A stretch of DNA of 64,000 nt from Penicillus capitatus (lineage: Eukaryota; Plantae; Chlorophyta): assembly GCA_965649825.1 (NCBI GenBank), contig OZ287695.1:1973288-2037287 (forward strand), in the 5' to 3' direction. Of this stretch, positions 9,780 to 19,937 are shown in pieces; positions within the stretch are counted from its first letter, which is position 1, and each line of letters opens with the position of its first letter. A program made the translations under genes and the position numbers. Below the pieces are notes generated by a model that made no database searches, had not been told where the DNA came from, and worked only from the letters and a program-made list of their open reading frames with translations.

Positions 9780-10253
9780 CCCCGCCGACGACTTCGGCCG
9801 AAGACCTTCGGGGAACGCCACGGACGGTCGACGGCCGTTTGCACGCCTCTCGGCGACCACCGCGGGCCTCTGTGGATGTCCGCGGCGTTCCTTTCGCTCG
9901 GATGCACCCGGAACCGGGCCACGGTGATGTGACGTGTTCGGTGTAACAGGTTACACTGCTCGCGCGGCTCGCGCGGTTACACCTAGGTGTAACCTGTTAC
10001 ACCGAACACGCCCCGCCGACGACTTCGGCCGAAGACCTTCGGGGAACGCCGCGGACGGTCGACGGCCGCTTGCACGCCTCTCGGCGACCACCGCGGGCCT
10101 CTGTGGATGTCCGCGGCGTTCCTTTCGCTCGGATGCACCCGGAACCGGGCCACGGTGATGTGACGTGTTCGGTGTAACAGGTTACACTGCTCGCGCGGCT
10201 CGCGCGGTTACACCTAGGTGTAACCTGTTACACCGAACACGCCCCGCCGACGA
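9780..10253. repeat. 231-bp array, block 2 (exactly 2 units + 12-bp duplication)
   Basis: 474 bp = 2x231 + 12. Confidence 0.97.
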
Positions 10254-10435
10254 GAGAGAAGTTCATTAAACCAGGAGGGGCGTCGCCTGTGGCATGTTGC
10301 CCTAGGTCTCCTGGGGTAGTACAATGTCCCATACTGTTTTGCTTTCAAACAAGGGGTATGAACTTGATGTCCTTTCGAGTCCTATCGGTGTTTGTTGTTT
10401 GTTGTTTTTGCAGGTGCTTGAGGGTGTCTTTCGCT

Positions 10436-13400
10436 CTATGGTTGTGGTCCTCGTTCGAGAGCTTGATATATTATCTTGCAGTATTCGTCGAGTCTGTAGT
10501 ACAGATTGGCTTCTTGAACAAATGTTCCTAGGTCTTCGATTGTGACTTGTTCGTGTAAAAATATCTGTTGTCGTTGTTGTTTTAGTGCTTCACATCGGAA
10601 CATGTGATCTCGGGTTTCTGAGTGCTTGCCACATAGTCTGCAACTTATGTCTTCTTTTTCGTGTCCTCTTCTTTGTAGATATTCTCGTGTCGGTGAGTGT
10701 CCCGATAGTATTTGGTTTATGCGGGATACTGCTGGTCGCTTCCAGTCTGTTGACGAGAACCATGGTTTCATTCTGGTGTGACGGGTCCATCCTGTGCGTT
10801 TTAAGTCTTGAGATTTATCTGCTGTCTTCCATAATCTGTCCGTACGGTCTTCGATGTATTTTTGTATGATGTCCTTGTATCCTTCGTCTTCTATTAGGCA
10901 TTTGACTTCTCGGTCTTCCTTTCTGGTATGGTGTCTGGGTTGTTGTTCTTCGTGCGTCTTATTTGGTATGCGTCTGAGTTCGGCTCGGAGGAGGTTGATC
11001 GGGGTGCAGTGTGCTTCGGCAGTCGCTGGCTTGTGTGGTTCTTCTTGTCTTCTGAGTGTTGTCGGTGCAGTTTTGAGTAGGGTCCAGAGTGTGAGGTCGC
11101 TGGGAGGTGTTATATGTGCGAGGGCAGTGGCTGTTTCGGCGGAGGTGGTGCGGTTGAGTCCTGTAATTGCGAGGCTTGCCAGTCTTGCGATGCGGTCTAA
11201 TCTTCTACTGTCGCTTTGACTGTTTAAGCGGGTGATCCATATTTCTGCTCCATATTGTATGATGGGTTGGATGCAAGATTGATACAGGGTTCTGATTATG
11301 ATCGGCGCCGTTCCCCAGAATGTTCTTGAAAGTCTTCTGATGGTATTCAGTCGGTGTCCGGCCTTAGTTGTCAGCTTGTTCATGTGGCTGGTAAATGTCA
11401 TGCGGCTGTCAAAGATGATTCCGAGGTATTTCATTTCTTCGACTGGGTTGATCGTCGTTCCCTTTATCACGAGTGTCGGGCTCGTTTGGTCTCTGTTTCT
11501 CTGGAATATGACGAGCTGGGTTTTATCAATATTGAGCTTCATGTGGTTATTGTCACACCACTGCTCAAAGCCGTTTAGTGCTCGCTGTATGTCCGCTGTG
11601 TTGTTGTCCCGTTGTAACGTTTGATAAAGTAGTACGTCATCCGCATACATTTGTACATGGACGTTCTCTGGGATGTGTACTGGTATATCAGCTGCGTAGA
11701 GTGCGTATAGTATGGGGCTCAAAGGTGATCCCTGGGGTAGTCCTCGGCTTGGTGTATAGTGATGTCGCTGTTCTTGTATGATTATGTGATTGGTTCGGTT
11801 TTCGAGGAGAGATTGAATTATATGTATTTTGTCTCGGGGCATGTGCCATTTCTTCAGCTTCGATTGTAAGATCTGCGGGCTGACTCTGTCGTATGCACTA
11901 GAGAGGTCCAGACTGATCCCCATTGTCCTCTGTCGAGTATTTAGTGATGTCCAGATCGTGTGGGTGTAGTGCCAAAGTGGGTGTCTTGTGCTTCTCCCCT
12001 TGCGAAATCCGTGCTGGCTTTCTGGGAGTATGTGATTCGTCTCTGCCCATAGACTGACTTCGTGGGCGATCATGCCTTCGAGGATCTTGGACATCGTTGG
12101 CAGTAGTGTGATCGGGCGGTAGTGTGCAGGTTCTTCTCCTGATTTGCCCGGTTTGAGTATGTTGCAGATTATTCCTTTCTTCCACTGGCTTGGGTAGTGC
12201 CCGGTTCGGGCGATGGCGTTGTATATTCTTGCCAGCGGGTTAGCCAGGACCATCGCGTTCGCTCGTAGTGCGATGAAAGGTATGTCATCGTGTCCCGGTG
12301 CTGTTTGTCTGCGTTTTCTTAAGAGCTCAAATGCTACTTGTGTTCTGGTTGTGAAGTCTCGTTCTTGGTCTGGCCCTTGTTGCTGGGTGTTGTCTGGGCT
12401 GTCCACGGGGCTTCTCGGGCGGGAGTGTCTTGTGTGATTATCGTCTGTGTTTTCGTTTATGTCTTCTGGGAAATAGTGCTCCGCCAGTGCATTTGCGATC
12501 AGTTCCGGTTCCGTCTGGAATTGTCCTCTGATTTTCAGTCGTGTGATGGCTGTTCTCTTCTTCTTTCCCTCTAGTCTTCTAAGGGCTTCCCAGCAGGTGT
12601 CCAGAGTCGTTTCTTCAGTGAATTTCTGGAAGGATTGTAGTTTCTTTGTTTGTATCATTCTTTTCCACTCCGCTTTCTTTTCCTCATGTTGTGGTGTGTT
12701 CTTGGGTGTGTTTTTCAGCTCAGAATATTTCGCTCGGGCTTCAGTATCGAACCATGTTTTGCGGTATGGACTGGGTTTTGATTGCGGTACGCAGAGTCGC
12801 ATGGTGGCTTGTATGGCGTTTGTGAGGAGGAGTACTTGTCTATCGATTTCGTCTGGGGTTTCAAGGTCCGAGGGTTGTATCGCCTGGATGAACATGTTGA
12901 GTATTTCTTTGAACTCCTTCCAGTCAGTTTGTCTCCAATTCCACGTTGCCTTCTCCTGGAGCTCTTGTCGTCCGGTGTGTATCTCAAATGTGATCAAGTT
13001 ATGGTCACTGGACGGAATTACTTCTGGTAGGACTCTCCATTGTTGTATTCTTTCGGCGATTGGCATGGATGCAGCTGTAATGTCGAGCCATTGCTCGCAG
13101 TCGCTGCCTCGTTGGAAAGTCGGGGCGCTATCTGGCTCGTTGATGATATCGAGGTTTCTCGTTATCAATACTTCTTCTACTGTGTTTCCTTCAGGATTGC
13201 TCTGACTTCGGCCCCACCATCTGGAGTGGGCGTTGGCGTCTCCTCCCGTGAGTATTGTGACATTGTTCCGTTTCGCTTGTTCTATGGATTCTTCCCAGTC
13301 TTCGATCCCTTTCAGGGTAACTGGTTGCAAGTAAAATGAGTTGAGGCGTATCTTGTGTGCTCCTTGGTTTAGTTCTATTGTGGTCGATCTGGTGGCTTGG

Positions 13401-13672
13401 GTCTCGGTCGGTCGGTGTGGCACTGTTTTCCTGATGAGAATGCCAGCTCCACTATCATCTTCTGCGTGTTGGTAGTGCCAGTCGTATCCGAACGGTAGTT
13501 GTTTTCCTCTTCTTAGGCTTTGGGGTGGGTCGCTGATTAATACTGCATCTATCTTGTGCTCGTCTAGGTGAATTTTGAGTTCCTCCCAGGCTGCTGGTGA
13601 GCTTGCTAGGTTTATTTGTCCTACACTGTATTTGTCCTTTGTGGGTGTTCGCGGTGGGGCGTGCTCTTTCAT
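10436..13672 (-). CDS. LINE ORF2, copy 2 (APE-RT-CCHC, 1078 aa)
   Basis: Translation in the ORF track appears identical to copy 1. Confidence 0.96.
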   Translation of the reverse strand: MKEHAPPRTPTKDKYSVGQINLASSPAAWEELKIHLDEHKIDAVLISDPPQSLRRGKQLPFGYDWHYQHAEDDSGAGILIRKTVPHRPTETQATRSTTIELNQGAHKIRLNSFYLQPVTLKGIEDWEESIEQAKRNNVTILTGGDANAHSRWWGRSQSNPEGNTVEEVLITRNLDIINEPDSAPTFQRGSDCEQWLDITAASMPIAERIQQWRVLPEVIPSSDHNLITFEIHTGRQELQEKATWNWRQTDWKEFKEILNMFIQAIQPSDLETPDEIDRQVLLLTNAIQATMRLCVPQSKPSPYRKTWFDTEARAKYSELKNTPKNTPQHEEKKAEWKRMIQTKKLQSFQKFTEETTLDTCWEALRRLEGKKKRTAITRLKIRGQFQTEPELIANALAEHYFPEDINENTDDNHTRHSRPRSPVDSPDNTQQQGPDQERDFTTRTQVAFELLRKRRQTAPGHDDIPFIALRANAMVLANPLARIYNAIARTGHYPSQWKKGIICNILKPGKSGEEPAHYRPITLLPTMSKILEGMIAHEVSLWAETNHILPESQHGFRKGRSTRHPLWHYTHTIWTSLNTRQRTMGISLDLSSAYDRVSPQILQSKLKKWHMPRDKIHIIQSLLENRTNHIIIQEQRHHYTPSRGLPQGSPLSPILYALYAADIPVHIPENVHVQMYADDVLLYQTLQRDNNTADIQRALNGFEQWCDNNHMKLNIDKTQLVIFQRNRDQTSPTLVIKGTTINPVEEMKYLGIIFDSRMTFTSHMNKLTTKAGHRLNTIRRLSRTFWGTAPIIIRTLYQSCIQPIIQYGAEIWITRLNSQSDSRRLDRIARLASLAITGLNRTTSAETATALAHITPPSDLTLWTLLKTAPTTLRRQEEPHKPATAEAHCTPINLLRAELRRIPNKTHEEQQPRHHTRKEDREVKCLIEDEGYKDIIQKYIEDRTDRLWKTADKSQDLKRTGWTRHTRMKPWFSSTDWKRPAVSRINQILSGHSPTREYLQRRGHEKEDISCRLCGKHSETRDHMFRCEALKQQRQQIFLHEQVTIEDLGTFVQEANLYYRLDEYCKIIYQALERGPQP

Positions 13673-15570
13673 TGTTGCTTCTGTTCTTGTTCTTGTCTTT
13701 CGCGCTGTTTGCGGATGCGTTCGCTTCTTCTGGGGCCTGGTGTCTGCGTTTCCGGGCTGGGCCGGTCGTGGTGTTGTTGACTAGTTGTTGGTGGGTGGTC
13801 TTGTCTCCATCCCGACAGGTCTTCTAGTCCTTGCTGGATTTCTTCTGAGAGAGCTATGAACGGGTTTTCGGACTCAATGGTTGCAGCCTCTTGTCGTCTT
13901 GGTTCTTCATTGTGTGCTGCCGGCGCCGTTGGCGAGGTGCCTGGTCTTGCTTCTGTGCGGTGTTCGTTTCGTGAAGGTTCCGTGTGTCCTGCTGTCTTTT
14001 GCGTTACTTGGGTGCCTCCATGTGGGGGAAGCGAGAGGCTTCGTAGCCATTCTGCGTGAGCAGTGTTTGCAGTTGCTCCTGGAGAGGAAGTCCTCGGGGT
14101 CTGGTCAGTGGTCGTGCCAAGATTCGGCTTATCCGGGGTAGCTTCTGTAGTTGATTGATTCTCTTCGGCCGTCAGATCGATGGGCGTCGGGGTCTCCATC
14201 CGGCGTCGCGAGATGCTTGGTTCGGGAGGCTGTTCCGCTTCTCTGCTGGGAGTAATCATTTCGTCTGCCTCTTCCCGTTCTCTTTCTTCTGTGTTTCTTT
14301 TGGCTCCTCTGTTCGTCGAGTCGACTTCCATGGTGCGGTTGCTTGTTTTCCATTTTTCTTGTTGTGCGAATTCTCTGACATAGCAGGGGTATCCCACATA
14401 TATTCCGGTCTTCTGAGCCATACGGGTGATGATTTCTGGTGGGCCAACCAATCTTCCGGTGGAGGTGGGTTCAGGAGCACTGCCGTCCACTTTTCTGTGG
14501 AATCGCACAAAAGTAAGAGTCGCCGTTTGTAACGTTTCTGGCTGTACTCCCAGCCATGTCGCATTTTCCGGGTCTTTTAGTTTCTCCACGACCGCTCTAT
14601 GTGATAGGAAGCGGTCTACTCCCTCGACTACCACGCTGGGGACCGATGTGTCTTGATGGCTGGGTTTGGGCTGCCAGCAGCCCAGCATGTGGAGGTCTAT
14701 CTCAGGGAAATAGTTGTCCCTGAGATAGGTCATCACGTTTTGGTCTAATTGTAGCAGCATATCTCCAGAGGTGAGCCCCCTCAGGTATTGCACCTGTCCG
14801 CCGTGGTTCTTGGCCCAAGTCGTTAGGGCGTCCTTCATCATGTTGTAGGTGGGGCGCTTGATCGAAGCCGCTTCGATGACGGGCGAGATGAAGACTTGTC
14901 TGGCCATGTTCTGGTCCTCCGGTGAGCTACGTTTCCACATCTCGCTCATGATTCTTCTTCTTGCTTGTTGCTCTGGGGTTTGTGTTTCGTATGCTGGCTT
15001 GGGTCTTTGCTGTCTTGAGATCATTGTCCAGGGTATTTGTTCTGATGGACTGCTCGGGAAGTAATTGGATTTGGCCACTTCGGCGTACGACACTGTTCTG
15101 GTCGTCTGCTGCATTTGCTGTGCGGTCGACTGGACTCCGGTAGTCGTTCGTTGTTGTTGTTGTAGGAGAGAGGGCAGGGTCGGTTGATAGAGGGGGTTCG
15201 CCTGGACTGTTGTCGGCCTTACGGTTTGTTGCGCTTCGCGGGACATGTCGCTCTGGCCAATGCCGTAGCCGCCCTCCATGGCTTCGATTAGGTAGAGGGC
15301 CGTTTTTAGGGCGTGGTGGTCGACTCCAGCTTGCTCGAGGGTTGAGAGACACCCATGTATGCGCCTCATCGTCGTCCTGTAAAACCCTCGCTTGTCCGAT
15401 CTACCGAGTTTTTCGTCCGCGTCCGTTTGGTCTGCCCAGTCCGAGGCCGTCATCGGCCGTCCAAAGCGCGTCGTTTGCGTCGGTTGTTGAGCGTTTTCGG
15501 TCGGGGTCTCGTTTTGCGCTGCCGCCGCAAAACTCCCGCTGCCTCCAGGTGGAGGTGTAGATGATTGCAT
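13669..15570 (-). CDS. LINE ORF1, copy 2 (633 aa)
   Basis: As copy 1, with one visible amino-acid change (APPAH vs APAAH). Confidence 0.85.
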   Translation of the reverse strand: MQSSTPPPGGSGSFAAAAQNETPTENAQQPTQTTRFGRPMTASDWADQTDADEKLGRSDKRGFYRTTMRRIHGCLSTLEQAGVDHHALKTALYLIEAMEGGYGIGQSDMSREAQQTVRPTTVQANPLYQPTLPSLLQQQQRTTTGVQSTAQQMQQTTRTVSYAEVAKSNYFPSSPSEQIPWTMISRQQRPKPAYETQTPEQQARRRIMSEMWKRSSPEDQNMARQVFISPVIEAASIKRPTYNMMKDALTTWAKNHGGQVQYLRGLTSGDMLLQLDQNVMTYLRDNYFPEIDLHMLGCWQPKPSHQDTSVPSVVVEGVDRFLSHRAVVEKLKDPENATWLGVQPETLQTATLTFVRFHRKVDGSAPEPTSTGRLVGPPEIITRMAQKTGIYVGYPCYVREFAQQEKWKTSNRTMEVDSTNRGAKRNTEEREREEADEMITPSREAEQPPEPSISRRRMETPTPIDLTAEENQSTTEATPDKPNLGTTTDQTPRTSSPGATANTAHAEWLRSLSLPPHGGTQVTQKTAGHTEPSRNEHRTEARPGTSPTAPAAHNEEPRRQEAATIESENPFIALSEEIQQGLEDLSGWRQDHPPTTSQQHHDRPSPETQTPGPRRSERIRKQRERQEQEQKQQ

Positions 15571-15587
15571 TATCGAGAAGGTGCCCC

Positions 15588-16616
15588 CCCCGCCGACGAC
15601 TTCGGCCGAAGACCTTCGGGGAACGCCACGGACGGTCGACGGCCGTTTGCACGCCTCTCGGCGACCACCGCGGGCCTCTGTGGATGTCCGCGGCGTTCCT
15701 TTCGCTCGGATGCACCCGGAACCGGGCCACGGTGATGTGACGTGTTCGGTGTAACAGGTTACACTGCTCGCGCGGCTCGCGCGGTTACACCTAGGTGTAA
15801 CCTGTTACACCGAACACGCCCCGCCGACGACTTCGGCCGAAGACCTTCGGGGAACGCCGCGGACGGTCGACGGCCGCTTGCACGCCTCTCGGCGACCACC
15901 GCGGGCCTCTGTGGATGTCCGCGGCGTTCCTTTCGCTCGGATGCACCCGGAACCGGGCCACGGTGATGTGACGTGTTCGGTGTAACAGGTTACACTGCTC
16001 GCGCGGCTCGCGCGGTTACACCTAGGTGTAACCTGTTACACCGAACACGCCCCGCCGACGACTTCGGCCGAAGACCTTCGGGGAACGCCGCGGACGGTCG
16101 ACGGCCGCTTGCACGCCTCTCGGCGACCACCGCGGGCCTCTGTGGATGTCCGCGGCGTTCCTTTCGCTCGGATGCACCCGGAACCGGGCCACGGTGATGT
16201 GACGTGTTCGGTGTAACAGGTTACACTGCTCGCGCGGCTCGCGCGGTTACACCTAGGTGTAACCTGTTACACCGAACACGCCCCGCCGACGACTTCGGCC
16301 GAAGACCTTCGGGGAACGCCGCGGACGGTCGACGGCCGCTTGCACGCCTCTCGGCGACCACCGCGGGCCTCTGTGGATGTCCGCGGCGTTCCTTTCGCTC
16401 GGATGCACCCGGAACCGGGCCACGGTGATGTGACGTGTTCGGTGTAACAGGTTACACTGCTCGCGCGGCTCGCGCGGTTACACCTAGGTGTAACCTGTTA
16501 CACCGAACACGCCCCGCCGACGACTTCGGCCGAAGACCTTCGGGGAACGCCACGGACGGTCGCCGGCCGCTTGCACGCCTCTCGGCGACCACCGCGGGCC
16601 TCTGTGGATGTCCGCG
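15588..16616. repeat. 231-bp array, block 3 (4 units + 105 bp)
   Basis: Periodicity 231; ends at ...ggatgtccgcg (16616). Confidence 0.97.
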
Positions 16617-18532
16617 TCTTGCGCGGACCATCCCGTTTTACATTATCTTGATGGTGCGATTGTGGGGGCCGGACTCTAAGGGAACTGGATGTACGAACGT
16701 CAGGCTTGCTGACAACGTCGGAGAGCTATGGCATGCAGGTGCAGTCGAAGAAGATCGAATCCGGGAAATCGGAGGTGGAGTTCCTGGGGTACGAACTAAG
16801 ATCCGGCGGAAGCGTGAGTGCGGAGAGGTACCTGCGGGAACGCAGAAGGAAGGTGGGCGGTGCGATCGAGACAAAGAGAGAGCTCCAGAGTTTATTGGGG
16901 ACTCTCAACGTGGCCCGAAACTTCATTCCATGACTAAGCGAAAGAACTGCGGCGTTGCAGGAGCTCTTGACGAACATGACGAGCAATGAGATGTGTAAAG
17001 AGGAGAAAGAACAGGCCTGCGTGCTAGCGGAAAAGGCCTGGGAGGAAGTATTGGAGACATGCGTCGCGGTGCAGATGGCCATACCGGAAAACCCTCGGTC
17101 CGAGCTCTCCACTTACTGGTCAACAGAGGCAGTAGGGTATGTGTTATTTATCAATGGAGAGGGAGGGCGTCGGGTCGTGGACGTCAATTCGACCAGATTC
17201 GCCGGTCAAGTGGCGGTGAGCAGCTTCCTAGGTGATATGCGTGGAATTGTGCGGGGTTCGAAAAAGACCCGGCATATCGTTTGGACCGCCCCGGTCGAAA
17301 TCTGTTGCGATAACCAAGGCACAGTGTCCCGGCTGCGGAAGGGACAGGTCATGGGCGACGATGTCCGGTGCTCCCGACTCATCGCCTGGTTGCTCGGAAG
17401 TTTCCCGCAGGCACAATTCGAATGTGTCCCTGGAGCGAGGAACCAAATTGCCGATCGCCCCAGTAGAAGCAAGAGTCGACAGAAGGGCGAGGAAGAGGCT
17501 GTCGGAGTTGTTTCGGTCGGTCAACGACCTCCGGACAGCGTAGTCCGACGGCGGTTGGAGCAGGCGCACCGAGGCCACTGGCATGCGGAAAGGACCCGGT
17601 GCCATTTGAAGCGAGATGGGCCCGCCTGGCCTGGTGCGAGGAAGGAGGTGTTGCGGTACGTGAAACAGCGCCCCGATTGCCAACACTTTCGCGGCCTAGA
17701 GCATCGAGAACCTTGGGCGGGAACGGCGACGACTCGCCCGAACGATGTAGCCTTCGGGGACTTTCTGGGACCACTTACGTTAAGCCGGGACCGGGGAAAG
17801 CGGGTTGTCTGGTACTGATCGACGGTTTTAGCCGCTTCACGCATTTACACTTGGCGAAGACCCCCCCCCCACCGAAAATGCGGTCTTGCGGGGTTTGCGG
17901 CGATGGGAGAAAACCTTGGCGTGGAGACATGGGCACACACGAATCCTCATGGCGGATAGAGGGGCTGCATTCACCGGAGGAAGGGTACGAGCATTCTGCC
18001 ACGAGCGAGGGATCCGGCGACAATGGTCGGCGAGTCACGCTCCTTGGAGTAACGGGGCAGCCGAGCGCCAAGTTGGAAATGCGAAGAGCAGATTGGCCAG
18101 GACACTGTGGAAGTCTACCGCAGACATCTCGCTGCATACGTTGGAGAAAATTTTGAACGGAGGAAATTGCGAGGCGACGGGTTTTGCACCAACGGAACTT
18201 CGCTGGGGACGACGTCGGGATGGATCCCTAATGACCAGGGCCGAATGGACCAGGCCACAAGTTTGGCAAGACAGAGACGGGCTGTTAGAAGACAGAAGGA
18301 AAGGGAATCCTTCCTGCAGCGGCTTCCGAACAGACCGCCGTTGCAGAAAGGACAATGGGTACCAGCTTACGAACCTCGTAAGAAGCGACATGCTCTTCAC
18401 TCGCCGTGGACGGGGCCACACCTTACCGCTGAGCAGCAGGGGTCTCGGCTATGGATATTGCAAAAGAATGGAACATCCCGGAGGATAGGTCCCTTTCACG
18501 TGGAGCACCAGCGTTTGTTTCACGCACCTTGA
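16617..18532 (+). pseudogene. 5'-truncated, degenerate Gypsy pol (RT C-half, RNase H, integrase)
   Basis: HYLDGAIVG (decayed YxDD), VEFLGYE, LQSLLGTLN, CCDN, NQIADRPSR, H...H...C integrase Zn, GDFLGP, LIDGFSRF, MADRG, SNGAAER, WTGPH; stops and frameshifts. Confidence 0.88.
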
Positions 18533-18539
18533 CATTTTT

Positions 18540-19645
18540 CTTTCGGGGTTGGCGGGAACCGTGGCGTCGCCTAGCGATGGGACTTTGTCTTGTGGACGGA
18601 GGGTTCACCTTGGCAGGGGGTGCTGAGCGCATGGTTCATAACGTTGGGGTCTACGATACTCGACGAAGCTCCGAAGACGGAAGCGTTAACCTAGTAGCCA
18701 TTCACCCAGCGGACATTCCCTCGGCAGGCCCTCAGGAGCAATCCATAGACAACGAAGTCCGACCAACCCCCCTAGTCGTCTACGAAGGTCCACCGAATCA
18801 ACCAGAAGGCAACACCCGCCTCTCCTCTGCCTCCTATCCCACCACGACCCTTTCTTCTTTTCCTCCTCTCCTCTCGTCCATCTATCCCACCACGCCCCTT
18901 CTGCTACTCCATACAGCACCCAATTTTCCCAGTCCGCCCCTTCATGTTTTCCGTCCCCTCCTGTCCACCTGCCATCCCTCCACGACCCTATCTGTTTTCC
19001 TTCCGCTCCCCCATACCTGCCATTCCGCCCCGAACCTGTTTCCTTTCCGGGGAATGTGTAAGTTTGTCTTTCCCCTAAGCTTTCTCATGTATTGTATTTG
19101 AGTAGGTTTTCATTCTTGATTGGGGCCAATAAAGGAGCTTGGCCTTCCCTTCTTTATTGCTGTTGGGGATAAAGAAAAATTAAAAAGAAAAAAACACTTT
19201 TCTCTTAGTACGTCCCACACTTTTTCCGTGTAGGCAAAAAACAAAAAAGAACAAAAAACCAAAAAAGGGGACTGACATCGTTCTGTATTTTTTTGATTGT
19301 CCATAGTGCCATCCACCCTCGCTTTGTTGTGGTTTGGCTTTGTTCAATGGTTTTACTCTAGCCGTTTGTTGTATTGCTATTTCACTCCATCTGCTGTTTT
19401 CTGTTTTTGTGATTTGCTCTTTGATGTTTGCATTGCATTGTGTTTCTGTCTTCGTTTTCCTGTATTTTTTTATGTTCTGGTCCCTTTTTTGGCTCCGGAC
19501 CCCTCATTGCATGTCCGCGAAGCGCGCCAGATCTGAGTACCCGCTCCTTTAGAGACAATTTGGTCAACTCACCCACGGAGACTTGTACACCAAACCAAAT
19601 CGCTGACGCTCTGCCCAGGTTGCACAGATTACACATAACCAACAA
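18540..19645 (+). mobile_element. Putative 3' UTR/3' LTR of the degenerate Gypsy
   Basis: PPT-like TTGGCGGGAACCG followed by TG at ~18561; C-rich then A/T-tract region; boundaries uncertain, no partner LTR. Confidence 0.35.
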
Positions 19646-19742
19646 GTAAGCATCTTATTCATTTGGACTCTCAGTCTGATCCTTTGACATGGCAGACAAG
19701 TGATCGCTGCTAACGGGAAATCATACGACGGGCGCGCCGCGG

Positions 19743-19937
19743 TCAGCGCGAACGCGCAGCGTCGGACGGAAGAGACAGGGCCTGAGTGAATGCAAACACT
19801 ACAGGTTGAGGCGTACAGTCAGCTAAATAGTCCTCGGTCCCCGCGAACCGCCGTCCCATCAGGAAGCGGACAGCGTGTCCGGTCCGCGGGGCCGCAACCG
19901 TAAACGCGTACCCGTCAGCTGCAGCTATCAAGAGCAT
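19743..19937 (-). pseudogene. Possible integrase-core fragment
   Basis: LLIAAADGYAF...TEDYLADCTPQ resembles the LVAVDxFS...ISDNGPQF pattern. Confidence 0.3.

Larger units (their letters stand above)
10254..15587 (-). mobile_element. Intact LINE, copy 2 (near-identical, 5807-bp offset)
   Basis: Same ORFs; flanked by CCCCGCCGACGA at 10242-10253 and 15588-15599; differences noticed: 8113G/13920C, 8405A/14212G, C-run 7 vs 8. Confidence 0.93.

Noticed and set aside
9764-9922. 53-aa N-terminal extension of ORF1 from the monomer, phase-switched by the C7/C8 run
   Set aside because: It starts at GTG and is in frame only in copy 1; the homopolymer difference could be a sequencing error
4778-14656. 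Numerous plus-strand ORFs within the LINEs
   Set aside because: Antisense shadows of ORF1/ORF2 caused by strand compositional bias
3164-16616. 231-bp array as a CRISPR-like repeat-spacer locus next to an RT
   Set aside because: Units are near-identical over their whole length with no unique spacers, there are no cas-like ORFs, and the context is eukaryotic
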